NCBI GenBank assembly: GCA_963702895.1
Contig: OY969767.1
Location: 1,632,001 to 1,696,000, forward strand
Length of the DNA stretch: 64,000 bases
Source: an uncultured Elusimicrobia bacterium
GTDB taxonomy: Bacteria; Elusimicrobiota; Elusimicrobia; 2-01-FULL-59-12
Direction: 5' to 3'
The first letter of the stretch is position 1. The number at the start of each line of letters is the position of its first letter. Below are positions 33,162 through 42,308 of the stretch, in pieces. The notes below the pieces were generated by a model. The model did no database searches. It was not told the origin of the DNA and was given only the letters and a program-made list of their open reading frames with translations. A program made the position numbers and the translations under genes.

Positions 33162-33386
33162 CTAAGCATTCTTAAAACGTATCGTTTCACCCGGAGGCAG
33201 CGGCGGCGGCGTCGCTGCCTTCAGTTTTTCCCGAAGAGCAGGCATGATGTCGCAGGTGGGATGACATAATAAAGCCGGATCGGGTCTGTCCGCGGGAAGA
33301 AGGTATCTCACTTCAGTCTGACACACCACACAAGGGCCCTCGATCACATCCGCGAAATTGGACCATGACACATGCCTTCGCTTCAT
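33162..33386 (-). CDS. Small hypothetical protein, possibly metal binding
   Basis: 74-aa ORF with CxxC and CHxxC; purine-rich RBS; follows the SDR gene. Confidence 0.6.
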   Translation of the reverse strand: MKRRHVSWSNFADVIEGPCVVCQTEVRYLLPADRPDPALLCHPTCDIMPALREKLKAATPPPLPPGETIRFKNA

Positions 33387-33402
33387 AGACGCCCCTTCTC
33401 CA

Positions 33403-34116
33403 TTAAATTAAGTGCCGCCCACCGTCCACACGAATCGTCTCGCCCGTAATAAAATCGGTCTCGCATAAAAATCGTACAGCCTTCGCGAGCTCTTGCGGAC
33501 CCCCCCATTTCCCAAGTGGCGTGGCCTTCAAGACCGCCTGAAATTCCTTTGACCCAAGACCTTTGGGCGCAAGCAGCGGCCCTGGCGCGATGGCGTTCAC
33601 CAGGATCTGGGGCGCTAACTCCAGGGCCATGGCTTCCACCATCGCCTGGAGGGCTGCTTTGGACGTGTAATAGGCCGCATACCCTTTATACCGGGGCCTG
33701 TGACTGGCACTCGTCCAATCGGTGACATGAACGATGCGGCCCTCGTCGGAGCGGCGCAGATATGGGAGAACACTTGAGGTCACGTTTTGTGCCGCGAACA
33801 CGTGAAGCCTGATATGCTTCTCCCAGGACCCTCGCTCATAGACCGACGCCATGTTCACCAGAATATTGAGGGAACCCAGCTGCGCCTCAATATGGCGAGC
33901 GGCTTTTTCGGCCTGATGAGGACGAATCAGATCGCAGGCGAGCACCATCGTTGGAGCTCCAAAGAGGCGAAGCTCTTGGGCCGTTTCCTCCGCGAGCTTG
34001 CGTGAATGGCTGTAGCTTAAAGCGACGCCACACCCCGCTTGCGCGAGAGAAAGTGCCACAGCCTTTCCCATCCGGGCACCACCCGTGATCCACGCCACTT
34101 TTCCGTTTAAATCCAT
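33403..34116 (-). CDS. SDR oxidoreductase, pteridine reductase / FolM-like
   Basis: TGGARMG, YYTSK, VNAIAPG, VDGG. Confidence 0.88.
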   Translation of the reverse strand: MDLNGKVAWITGGARMGKAVALSLAQAGCGVALSYSHSRKLAEETAQELRLFGAPTMVLACDLIRPHQAEKAARHIEAQLGSLNILVNMASVYERGSWEKHIRLHVFAAQNVTSSVLPYLRRSDEGRIVHVTDWTSASHRPRYKGYAAYYTSKAALQAMVEAMALELAPQILVNAIAPGPLLAPKGLGSKEFQAVLKATPLGKWGGPQELAKAVRFLCETDFITGETIRVDGGRHLI

Positions 34117-34166
34117 GAAGATCTTCCTCTGGTTACAGTTTCAGGGGCAACGCTCCAGCTCGAGAT

Positions 34167-34238
34167 TGGGTCCGGTGGGTTTCGAACCCACGGCCCCCGA
34201 CTTAAAAGGTCGGTGCTCTACCCCTGAGCTACGGACCC
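34167..34238 (-). tRNA. tRNA-Lys (TTT)
   Basis: Cloverleaf on the minus strand, ccgac-ct-TTT-aa-gtcgg; perfect flanking inverted pair gctcgagatt / aatctcgagc. Confidence 0.96.
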
Positions 34239-34256
34239 AATCTCGAGCCAAATTTC

Positions 34257-34291
34257 GCCCCCGACTTAAAAGGTCGGTGCCCTGCCCCTGA
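34257..34291 (-). pseudogene. tRNA-Lys D-arm and anticodon-arm fragment upstream of the intact gene
   Basis: gcccccgacttaaaaggtcggtgc is an exact copy of 34193-34216, followed by a diverged D arm. Confidence 0.85.
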
Positions 34292-34491
34292 CCATCACTT
34301 TACCACGATAGCCGCAACAATTTCCCTTTGATGAAAGCAACTGTACCATCCGGAACTGCTTCTAAAGGACCCTCATTATATAAGATGTATAATGTTTCGA
34401 AATTTAGGGTCGATTCTCGTCAGAGAATGCTCACCCTTCTGTCTGGATCAGCGGCAAACCTCGTTTTCGTTTTGTGGTCTGGGCGCTGCAG

Positions 34492-34578
34492 GCCCCCATC
34501 GACTCGTGGTTAGGTCACAGCCCTTTTCCGCCACTAGGTCGTTGGCGGACCCGCCGCGATGGAGTGGCGGGCAAGGCT
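34492..34578 (+). pseudogene. Outermost tRNA-Glu 5' half with a twin-hairpin insert in the anticodon (34527-34571)
   Basis: gcccccatcgactcgtggttaggtcacagcccttt[insert]caaggct. Confidence 0.88.
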
Positions 34579-34617
34579 CCGCCACATGACCGGCGGATGA
34601 CCAAGAGTTTGTGTAGT

Positions 34618-34667
34618 GCCCCCATAGACTAGTGGTTAGGTCACAGCCCTTTCAAGGCTGTAGGACG
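34618..34667 (+). pseudogene. Middle tRNA-Glu 5' half
   Basis: Exact copy of the first 50 nt of the intact tRNA-Glu. Confidence 0.92.
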
Positions 34668-34701
34668 TAAGAGAAGTCTTCAGTGCGACTGGAATAGGCG
34701 T

Positions 34702-34773
34702 GCCCCCATAGACTAGTGGTTAGGTCACAGCCCTTTCAAGGCTGTAGGACGGGTTCGAATCCCGTTGGGGGCA
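34702..34773 (+). tRNA. tRNA-Glu (TTC), innermost intact copy, no encoded CCA
   Basis: Cloverleaf; cagcc-ct-TTC-aa-ggctg. Confidence 0.97.
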
Positions 34774-34810
34774 CGCTTATAACTCCCAGTCGCACTGAAG
34801 ACTTCTTGAA

Positions 34811-34880
34811 GGGTTCGCCCGCCACACAATCGGCGGGCGAGCGCCTGAAGTGTGGCGCTCGAATCCCGTTGGGGGCACCA
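34811..34880 (+). pseudogene. Middle tRNA-Glu 3' half with CCA and a twin-hairpin insert in the T loop
   Basis: gggttcg[insert 34818-34861]aatcccgttgggggcacca. Confidence 0.9.
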
Positions 34881-35051
34881 CACAAACTCTTGGTCATCCA
34901 CCGGCCGTGTGGCGGACGAATCCCGTCCCGCATCCTTGTAGCTAAGAGTGCGGGACTGTACCGGCTCATAAGCTCGCCCCAGCGAGCGGGTCAAAGGTTC
35001 GGTACGTTGGGGGCATATCGCTCACGAGTCAAGGATGGACATTGGATCATC

Positions 35052-35489
35052 ATGCAACCTCACGATTCACTGATCGCCGAACACAAGAAACTGCGCGCGC
35101 AAGCAGAAACCCTCGAGGTGCTGATGCGCGACGCACCCCAAACACTGGGGGAGGGTCTCGTACGTTTCCAGACCATGCTCCGAGAGCACTTTCAGCGCGA
35201 GGATGTTTACTACCGGGTCCTGGACGGCGATCAGCGGATCGCTGATCGCGGCCTCATCCACCAACTTCGCAACGATCACGCCGCCGTTGTCTTTATCCTC
35301 GAGAGTCTGGCCATCCGGCTCCGAAAAAACGGTTGTGACGCAGATTGGCGGGGCCGGTGGCGGAACTTGATGAATGTTTTCCTGCCCCATTTAGAGAAGG
35401 AAGAGCAGACCCTTTTTCCTCTGGGATGCAAGCTCCTGTCCGAACAAGAGTCCCGCTTCATTGCCGAGCAGATGGCGCCAAGTGACTAG
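35052..35489 (+). CDS. Hemerythrin-like cation-binding domain protein
   Basis: EH...HFQRED...DH...HLEKEEQTLFP; start trimmed to MQPHDSL. Confidence 0.85.
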   Translation: MQPHDSLIAEHKKLRAQAETLEVLMRDAPQTLGEGLVRFQTMLREHFQREDVYYRVLDGDQRIADRGLIHQLRNDHAAVVFILESLAIRLRKNGCDADWRGRWRNLMNVFLPHLEKEEQTLFPLGCKLLSEQESRFIAEQMAPSD

Positions 35490-35490
35490 C

Positions 35491-36711
35491 ATGCGCCCGG
35501 CTCCTCGTGATCCGAAGGCAGCGCCGCTTCCTCTGGCCAAGCGCATGGCGCGCATGCAGCGCTCGACCATCCGTGAAATCCTCAAGATCACGAAACGCCC
35601 GGAAATCTTATCGTTTGCGGGCGGCCTGCCTGCTCCCGAACTCTTTCCGCTCAAGGCCTTCCAGGAAGCTTTAAACGAAGCGATGCACAAGGAGGGCCCT
35701 GCTTCTCTGCAGTACGATCTCACGGAAGGCTACTTGCCGTTGAAGGAATTCCTTTGCGATTGGCTGGGCCAGCAGGGTCTCCGGTCCACGCCCGAGGAGA
35801 TGCTTCTCACGCAGGGGTCTCAGCAGGCGCTGGACCTGCTCGGCAAGATCTTTCTCAACCCACAAGACACTGTTCTCGTCGAAAACCCGACCTACCTGGG
35901 CGCGATTCAAGCATTTAACGCTTACGAGGCCGATTACGCCGCTGTCCCCATGGATGCCTCGGGCCTGTTAATCCCCGAGGCTGAAGCCCTCATCAAACAA
36001 ACAGGTCCTAAGATGGCGTATCTTGTCCCCACCTTCCAAAATCCCTCCGGTATCACCATGCAAAGGGACAGGCGCGAAAAGTTTTTGGAGCTTGCGGCAG
36101 CGCACCAACTCCCGGTTCTCGAGGACGATCCTTACAGTTACTTAAGGTTTTCCGGCGAGCCCCAGCCTTCCCTTTACAGCCTGGCCGGCGGCCGCGGTGT
36201 GATTTATATTTCGACGTTTTCCAAAATCCTCTCCCCGGGGATCAGGCTTGGCTTTGTGCTGGCGGAGCGCTCCATCATCCAGGCTCTCGTGCTGGCCAAA
36301 CAGGCGGCGGATCTCCAAACCAACTCGCTTCTGCAGAGGGCCGTCTATTATTACGGCAAGGCCGGGCATCTGGAGCGGCATATCCCAACAATCACCGCCT
36401 CCTATCGTGAGCGTGCCGGGACGATGCTCGCCGCGATGGACACCTATTTCCCAAAGTCCATCCGGTGGATCCCTCCGGAAGGTGGAATGTTTATCTGGTG
36501 TACGCTGCCGGAAGGTCTGTCTTCCGAAAAACTCTTTGAGCGGGCGGTTGAGGCGGGTGTGGCGTATGTGACAGGAAGTGTCTTTCACGCCCAGGGGGGT
36601 GGGGACAGGACATTGCGCCTCAATTTCACCAATTCCTCCCCGGCGCAGATTGAGGAAGGGATTAGACGCCTCGGCCGAGTCTTTTCAGAAGCGCTTTCAC
36701 CGTCGAAATAG
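35491..36711 (+). CDS. PLP-dependent aminotransferase (LysN / 2-aminoadipate transaminase-like)
   Basis: SFAGGLP, PTFQNPSG, EDDPY, STFSKILSPGIRLG. Confidence 0.92.
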   Translation: MRPAPRDPKAAPLPLAKRMARMQRSTIREILKITKRPEILSFAGGLPAPELFPLKAFQEALNEAMHKEGPASLQYDLTEGYLPLKEFLCDWLGQQGLRSTPEEMLLTQGSQQALDLLGKIFLNPQDTVLVENPTYLGAIQAFNAYEADYAAVPMDASGLLIPEAEALIKQTGPKMAYLVPTFQNPSGITMQRDRREKFLELAAAHQLPVLEDDPYSYLRFSGEPQPSLYSLAGGRGVIYISTFSKILSPGIRLGFVLAERSIIQALVLAKQAADLQTNSLLQRAVYYYGKAGHLERHIPTITASYRERAGTMLAAMDTYFPKSIRWIPPEGGMFIWCTLPEGLSSEKLFERAVEAGVAYVTGSVFHAQGGGDRTLRLNFTNSSPAQIEEGIRRLGRVFSEALSPSK

Positions 36712-37243
36712 GCAACCCCACCACATTGTCATAAGAACCCTTGATGACCCGCGCGATCGGGTCGTTTTTCTCCTGAATGGCGTAGGCGCCTGCCTTGTCC
36801 AGATGCTGATGCGCTAAACGCAACAGCTTTCGTGAACCCAGTTTTTTCATGCGCACCAGAGACACGGCGTGGTCCACCCACGTCTTGCCGGTCCTCGCGT
36901 TCACGAGCGCCACGCCTGTATAAACGCGATGGGTTGAACCTGAAAGGTGACCCAGCATTCGAGAGGCCCCGCGAGGGGTCTTGGGTTTGCCCAGGATCCG
37001 TCCGCCATGCACGACCACCGTATCAGCACCTAACACAAGGCCCTCGCGAAGCTCACCAGCCACGGCACGCGCCTTCCGGAGCGCCAGCTCACGCACGAGG
37101 CGCACGGGATGTTGGGTCGAGCTGGCTTCCGAGACACGGCTGAGCTTGACCCGAAAAGGAATGCCCGCACGCCGGAGCAAAGCGCGGCGCCGGGGCGAGG
37201 CGGAAGCAAGAATCAGTTTTACCGGATTGTGTCTTTGAGCCAC
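36662..37243 (-). CDS. maf: Maf family nucleotide pyrophosphatase
   Basis: LILASASPRR, GADTVV, DKAGAY, NVVGLP. Confidence 0.93.
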   Translation of the reverse strand: MAQRHNPVKLILASASPRRRALLRRAGIPFRVKLSRVSEASSTQHPVRLVRELALRKARAVAGELREGLVLGADTVVVHGGRILGKPKTPRGASRMLGHLSGSTHRVYTGVALVNARTGKTWVDHAVSLVRMKKLGSRKLLRLAHQHLDKAGAYAIQEKNDPIARVIKGSYDNVVGLPISTVKALLKRLGRGV

Positions 37244-37536
37244 TTGAGGTAGGAGCGACTTCCTTCGACCACCGGAACGGCCAGGATCTCCGGCTCACTG
37301 TAGGAATGGATCTCGCGGATTCTCTTTTCGACTGCTTTGTAGCGTGAGGGCGTGGTTTTGATGATGAGCAGAAGCTCTTTTCCGTACTCAAGACGACTGC
37401 CCCACCAATAGCGGGAGTAGATCTCCGGCACAATGCTCACGCAGGCAGCTTCCCGCTCTTCGACGAGCGCTTGCGCGATTTTATCGGCCTCTTTGCGGCT
37501 GGCCGCCGTCACATACACGAGAAGGGCTTGGGTCAT
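37219..37536 (-). CDS. cutA: Divalent cation tolerance protein CutA
   Basis: AACVSI, S.YWW, HSYSEPEI, YLKWL. Confidence 0.93.
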   Translation of the reverse strand: MTQALLVYVTAASRKEADKIAQALVEEREAACVSIVPEIYSRYWWGSRLEYGKELLLIIKTTPSRYKAVEKRIREIHSYSEPEILAVPVVEGSRSYLKWLKDTIR

Positions 37537-38180
37537 GTTCTCTTCCTTCGATGATAGTCGCAGCTTCCCCGGACCGGACAACGATCACATCTCGGATGGC
37601 GCTTCGTGCAATAGCCTTTCGCATGCCGCACGATGAGCGCGTGGTATTCATTATACAGCCTCACTCGGCGCGGTAAACGATCGTGAAAGAACGCCTGGAC
37701 CTCATCGTAATCATCGGTGGTGAACCATCCCAGCCGCTGTCCTATCCTGCGCGTATAGGCATCGACGACAAACACCGGGCGCTTGGCCGCGTAGAGGAGA
37801 ATCGAGTCCGCTGTTTCGAGCCCGATGCCCTGCTGGGCGAGGAGCCGCTCACGGTGTTGGACCAGGGAGGGGTCCGCCAGATAAGCACGCGCGAACCCCT
37901 TCAACTGCTTCGCTTTTTGCCTGAAATAGCCGGAAGAGCGGATGAGCTTCTCGAGGCGCCGGCTGGACAAGCGCGCGATTTCTGTGGCGGAGAGGGCCTT
38001 GGCGCTTTTTAAGGAAGCGATGGCTTTCTCAACATTGGACCAGGACGTATTTTGCGTGAGGATGGCCCCGACCATCATTTCCCATGGAGTGTCCGCCGGC
38101 CACCAGGCCTGCGGGCCATACGAGCGCAAGAGACGCTTAAAGAGGGAGAGGACGGGACCCTGAGCGGTGCGCTTGGGCAT
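37533..38180 (-). CDS. HhH-GPD endonuclease III-like DNA glycosylase
   Basis: GAILTQNTSW, GIGLETADSILLY, VVDAY and C-terminal Fe-S cysteines. Confidence 0.9.
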   Translation of the reverse strand: MPKRTAQGPVLSLFKRLLRSYGPQAWWPADTPWEMMVGAILTQNTSWSNVEKAIASLKSAKALSATEIARLSSRRLEKLIRSSGYFRQKAKQLKGFARAYLADPSLVQHRERLLAQQGIGLETADSILLYAAKRPVFVVDAYTRRIGQRLGWFTTDDYDEVQAFFHDRLPRRVRLYNEYHALIVRHAKGYCTKRHPRCDRCPVRGSCDYHRRKRT

Positions 38181-38661
38181 ACCGGATATAATCCTTCGGG
38201 CGACGGCGCAACAGACGCAGCTCCTTCGACCGCAAAGGCCGCTTGACGCGCGCGGGCATCCCCAGGACAAGGGAACGCGGAGGGATCTTCATATTTTCGG
38301 TGACAAGCGCCCCCGCTCCGATGAGGCATTCGTTCCCGATCACACACCCATCCAGGAGAATGGCGCCCATTCCAATGAGACAGAAATCTCCGACGCGCGC
38401 CCCGTGGACGATGGCGCCGTGTCCGACCGTGACCCCTTTCCCGAGAACAACGGGCAAGCGCGGCGAGGTGTGCAGGACCGCGGCGTCTTGCACATTGGAG
38501 CCTTGGCCTATGGTGATGGGTTCGATATCGCCACGGAGAACCACCATCGGCCAGATGGAAGACCCATTCTTCAGGACGACGCGGCCTATGATTTGGGCGG
38601 ATTCATGGACAAAGGCGGTAGGGTGGATCCGGGGAACGTCCTTCCGGAAGGACCGCAGCAT
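38137..38661 (-). CDS. Gamma carbonic anhydrase family protein
   Basis: VLRGD, SNVQD, VGHGAIVHG hexapeptide repeats. Confidence 0.93.
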   Translation of the reverse strand: MLRSFRKDVPRIHPTAFVHESAQIIGRVVLKNGSSIWPMVVLRGDIEPITIGQGSNVQDAAVLHTSPRLPVVLGKGVTVGHGAIVHGARVGDFCLIGMGAILLDGCVIGNECLIGAGALVTENMKIPPRSLVLGMPARVKRPLRSKELRLLRRRPKDYIRYAQAHRSGSRPLPL

Positions 38662-39587
38662 TAGCCCCTCATCAACTTCAGGAGGACCGCTTTTTGAATG
38701 TGCAAACGATTTTCGGCCTGCTCAAAGACGATCGATTGGGGCCCCTCAATGACCTCTTCGGTGATCTCTTCGCCACGCTTGGCCGGAAGGCAATGCAAAA
38801 CGACCGCCTGTTTCTTAGCGACGCTCAGGAGCGCGCTGTTGACCTGAAAGGGCCGAAAGACCTCGCGCCGGCGGGCTTCTTCCGACTCCTGGCCCATGGA
38901 CGTCCAGACGTCGGTATAGAGCACATCGGCGGCTGTGCACGCCACTTGCGGGTCGTGGACGATATCGATGCGCCCTCCGGAGGCCGTGGCCAGGACCTTG
39001 GCCTTGCGCAAGACTTCAGGATCAGGATCATACCCGTTGGGACAGGCCAGCACGAGCTGCAAGCCCATCATGCCGGAGAGCAAAAGCCAGGAATGGGAGA
39101 CATTGTTGGAGTCCCCCAGAAACACAATTTTGAGCTTTCGCAGCTCTGAGAGTTTCCGGTGCGAGCGCTCCCAGAGCGTCATCAAATCCGCGAGCACCTG
39201 GCAGGGATGTTCCGTATCCGTTAAGCCGTTGATCACGGGGATCGTCGTATGCCGAGAGAATTCCTGCACATCCTTATGCTGCCGCGCGCGGATCATCACC
39301 GCGTGAACATAGCGTGTCATCACGCGGGCCATGTCCGGAATGCTCTCGCCGCGCTTCCATTGCAAGGCGTCGGACTGCAGCACGAGCGGAAACCCCCCCA
39401 GGGCTTGAATGCCGGCCGCAAAAGAGACGAGGGTGCGTGTGGAAGGTTTCTCAAAGATCAGCGCGACCGTTTTGCCGCGCAAGGCGCCGGCCTTGAGCGG
39501 TGATTTTTTTAACCGCGCGGCATCCTGAAGAAGCTGCTCCACTTCTTTCGGCGCAAGGTCGGTGATGGAGAGTAAGTCGCGTTTCAT
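38661..39587 (-). CDS. argF: Ornithine carbamoyltransferase
   Basis: STRT, HPCQ, WTSMG, HCLP. Confidence 0.96.
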   Translation of the reverse strand: MKRDLLSITDLAPKEVEQLLQDAARLKKSPLKAGALRGKTVALIFEKPSTRTLVSFAAGIQALGGFPLVLQSDALQWKRGESIPDMARVMTRYVHAVMIRARQHKDVQEFSRHTTIPVINGLTDTEHPCQVLADLMTLWERSHRKLSELRKLKIVFLGDSNNVSHSWLLLSGMMGLQLVLACPNGYDPDPEVLRKAKVLATASGGRIDIVHDPQVACTAADVLYTDVWTSMGQESEEARRREVFRPFQVNSALLSVAKKQAVVLHCLPAKRGEEITEEVIEGPQSIVFEQAENRLHIQKAVLLKLMRG

Positions 39588-40858
39588 GGTCCCCAGGACG
39601 GCATCGAAGAGTCGCCCTTCAAGGTGCTCACACAGTGCGGGGAGCTGCCGTCAAACCCCATAATACAAATCTTCGACTGCCCATCCCGCTCCGAAGCATA
39701 GGCGATAAAGCGCCCGTCGGGGGACCAGCTCGGATTCTCATTGCGGACCCCCTCTTCCGAAATCACATGGTTGTTGCGGCCTGAGGAATCCATGACGTAG
39801 ATATCATAACGCCCCTGGCTGCGCTGGCGCTCATAGGCGATCCAGTCCCCCTTCGGAGACCACGAGGGAGCATCCACCCATTGACCATAGCTGAGCCGCT
39901 GGACGTTGGCCCCCGCCACATCCATGACATAGATCTCCGGGTTGCCCGATCGGTCCGAAATAAACGCGATCTGCTGGCCGTTCGGAGAAAAACTGGGGCT
40001 CGTGTCCACACCGGGCGAATAGGTCAAGCGCCGCTGGATGCGACCGGAGCGCTCCAACAGGTAGAGCTCGGGGTCATGACCTTTGGAAAAGGTGATGGCA
40101 AGACTCGCTCCGTCGGGGGACCAATTGGGCGAGGTGTTGAGCCCCTGGCGCGTGGAAAGCTCGCGCAGGTTCGTCCCATCGGCATCGATGAGGTACGCAT
40201 CGGGATTGCCGGCCTTATAACTGTTAAAGACAATCGATTTCCCATCGGGGGACCACTTCGGCAGGAGCGTAATGGAATGGAAACGTGTCAGTTGGCGCGT
40301 GTTGGCCCCGTCGTAATCCATGACATAGAGTTCCTTCTTGCCCGAGCGATTATTAATAAACGCGATCCTGGTATGGGCAAGGCCCGGCTGCCCCGAAAGT
40401 TGAAAGCTGATCTGGTCGGCCATGAGGTGCGCCAGGCGCCTGAGGTTATTCTTGGTGCCTGTCCCTTCTTTTGCCCAGAGCACTTTGCTGGAGGAGACAT
40501 CGTAGATGCGGCACTCGAGGACCACCTGGCTCCCCTCGACTTTGACCTCACCGGTGATGAGTACTTGGGCCCCCAGAGCGCCCCAGGCCATCGCGTCAAC
40601 TTTCCGGTCGGGTGTCGGACCTCCCTCCGAGAGGGAAAAGAGCCGTGTGAACAAGAGATCTTCTCTCATGACGGAGCGAATCTGTCCCGTGACGGCCTCA
40701 GCCTCCGGGTCTGTGCTGGACAAAGCCGCGAAGCTCGCAAGGCCCACCCCCAGGGGCTTTCCCGACCCGCCATAGGCCTGGAGCCCGAGATAGACTTCGG
40801 CACTTCTTACGGGAACAACAGAAAGAACGAGGGTGAGGAAAGCGAATCGAACACGCAC
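39584..40858 (-). CDS. tolB: Tol-Pal beta-propeller protein TolB
   Basis: Signal peptide, PD40 repeats (WSPDG); clustered with pal and cpoB. Confidence 0.93.
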   Translation of the reverse strand: MRVRFAFLTLVLSVVPVRSAEVYLGLQAYGGSGKPLGVGLASFAALSSTDPEAEAVTGQIRSVMREDLLFTRLFSLSEGGPTPDRKVDAMAWGALGAQVLITGEVKVEGSQVVLECRIYDVSSSKVLWAKEGTGTKNNLRRLAHLMADQISFQLSGQPGLAHTRIAFINNRSGKKELYVMDYDGANTRQLTRFHSITLLPKWSPDGKSIVFNSYKAGNPDAYLIDADGTNLRELSTRQGLNTSPNWSPDGASLAITFSKGHDPELYLLERSGRIQRRLTYSPGVDTSPSFSPNGQQIAFISDRSGNPEIYVMDVAGANVQRLSYGQWVDAPSWSPKGDWIAYERQRSQGRYDIYVMDSSGRNNHVISEEGVRNENPSWSPDGRFIAYASERDGQSKICIMGFDGSSPHCVSTLKGDSSMPSWGP

Positions 40859-40863
40859 GATAG

Positions 40864-41583
40864 TTATTCGCTAAGGAGTTCGCGGGCGGAGCGTGCCAGC
40901 TCACTTCGAGGATAGTCCTTGATCAAACGCTGGAGGGTTTCTTTGGCTTCGGCCTTCTTTCCAGACTGTTGGAGCGCGAGGCCGCGTTTATAGAGGGCCT
41001 TGGGCGTAAATTCGTTGTTCCCATAAAGACGCACGACCTTATCGAATTCTCTGGCAGCCTCGGCAAAGTTCTTTCTCGCCATCTCGCACTCGCCGATGTA
41101 GTATTGGGCCTGCGCGGCCAATTCCGAACGAGGGTACTGGCCAATCAGATTGCGAAAGCCCACCAGGGCCAAATCGAATTTTCCCGCCTGGTAGTCGTTA
41201 TAGGCCAGCTTAAACATGTCACTGGGCGTGGAAGCGCCCTGACCGGTCGTACCGGTCACCTGGCCCGTGAGCACCGCGAAGCGCCGCTGCAGGTCGGCTT
41301 GCAGGTCATCGAGTTTTTGGGACAGCGTGCTCATGCGCTGTTGGCTGGCCTCCAGTTGGCTGTTCAGGGATTCCAAATTGCTGCTGAGCTCCGTCATTTT
41401 GGTGGACAGGTCCGCCTGGCCCTTCTGAATACGCGCCTGGTTGGCGTCGAGCTGCACCATATCTTTCTGGGTGGCGAGCATGCAGCCGTTCAACAAGAGA
41501 CAAAACAGGGGAAAGAGGACAGGGGACAGAAAACGGCTCACCTTCTCGAGCTTCAAATAACGATCCTCTCTTCCCTTGAGCAT
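40864..41583 (-). CDS. cpoB: Tol-Pal system protein YbgF/CpoB (lipoprotein)
   Basis: LNGC lipobox, coiled coil and TPR domain (YPRSELA..AQYYIG). Confidence 0.88.
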   Translation of the reverse strand: MLKGREDRYLKLEKVSRFLSPVLFPLFCLLLNGCMLATQKDMVQLDANQARIQKGQADLSTKMTELSSNLESLNSQLEASQQRMSTLSQKLDDLQADLQRRFAVLTGQVTGTTGQGASTPSDMFKLAYNDYQAGKFDLALVGFRNLIGQYPRSELAAQAQYYIGECEMARKNFAEAAREFDKVVRLYGNNEFTPKALYKRGLALQQSGKKAEAKETLQRLIKDYPRSELARSARELLSE

Positions 41584-41614
41584 GCCTTTCTCTTTCCCCT
41601 GTCCCCTATTCCCT
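41503..41614. repeat. Inverted heptamer arms (CAGGGGA)n/(TCCCCTG)n enclosing the cpoB start codon
   Basis: aacaggggaaagaggacaggggacagaaa ... tttctctttcccctgtcccctattccct. Confidence 0.7.
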
Positions 41615-41618
41615 CAAT

Positions 41619-42131
41619 TTATTTCTTTTCGAGAGCCCTGACTTTGGTGGCCCCGCGGCGGTTTTTGGACCAGCAGGATTCGTTAGAATCCGTGCAGATG
41701 GGATTTTCCTTGCCATAGGAGATGGTGGCAATGCGGCCACCTCTCAAGCCCAGGTTCATGTAATACGTCCGCACGGCAGCGGCCCGTTTCTGCCCCAGCC
41801 CAAGGTTGTACTCGGTGGTGCCGCGCTCATCGCAGTGGCCCTCGACGAGCACCTCCCAATCCGGGTGCTTTTGGATGACTTGGTAATTGGATTGCAGGAC
41901 ATCCCGAGCGTCCGCGCGCAACGTGGACTGGTCCAAATCAAAATAGATGCTTTGGATCTCGGCAACCTCCTGGTAGTCTTTGCCTCGCAAAGACGGTTCT
42001 TCTTCGGGTTTGCTCGCGTCCTCCGTCACAGGTTCTTCTGTTTGGACCTGTTTTTTCGAGGAGCAAGCCGTCAGCGATAGGGACAAAGCCACAACGCCAT
42101 ACAGCGCTAAAGTCGTGTACCGGAATTTCAT
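41619..42131 (-). CDS. pal: Peptidoglycan-associated lipoprotein
   Basis: LTAC lipobox; EGHCDERGTTEYNLGLG, ISYGKE, KNRR. Confidence 0.96.
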   Translation of the reverse strand: MKFRYTTLALYGVVALSLSLTACSSKKQVQTEEPVTEDASKPEEEPSLRGKDYQEVAEIQSIYFDLDQSTLRADARDVLQSNYQVIQKHPDWEVLVEGHCDERGTTEYNLGLGQKRAAAVRTYYMNLGLRGGRIATISYGKENPICTDSNESCWSKNRRGATKVRALEKK

Positions 42132-42308
42132 GGGAAACCTCCCTGCCTTTCTGTGGATCTGGCCGTTAGTTTAGCACGGAAATATCGAGGAATGTCAATC
42201 AAATTACCCTATTTTTCCATATCAGATCGAAAAGTTAACATGGTTGTAACAATCCATTCATTTTCCTGTAACTTAAAGAACGCATACTCTAAGCGAGGTC
42301 AACGAACC

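Noticed and set aside
34492..34926. Archaeal-type split or intron-containing tRNAs
   Set aside because: The context is bacterial, I saw no clear bulge-helix-bulge motifs, an intact copy is present, and the outer pieces carry disruptive inserts. Processing cannot be excluded without RNA data.
34716..35051. N-terminal extension of the hemerythrin ORF
   Set aside because: It overlaps the tRNA-Glu nest; the domain begins at ATG 35052.
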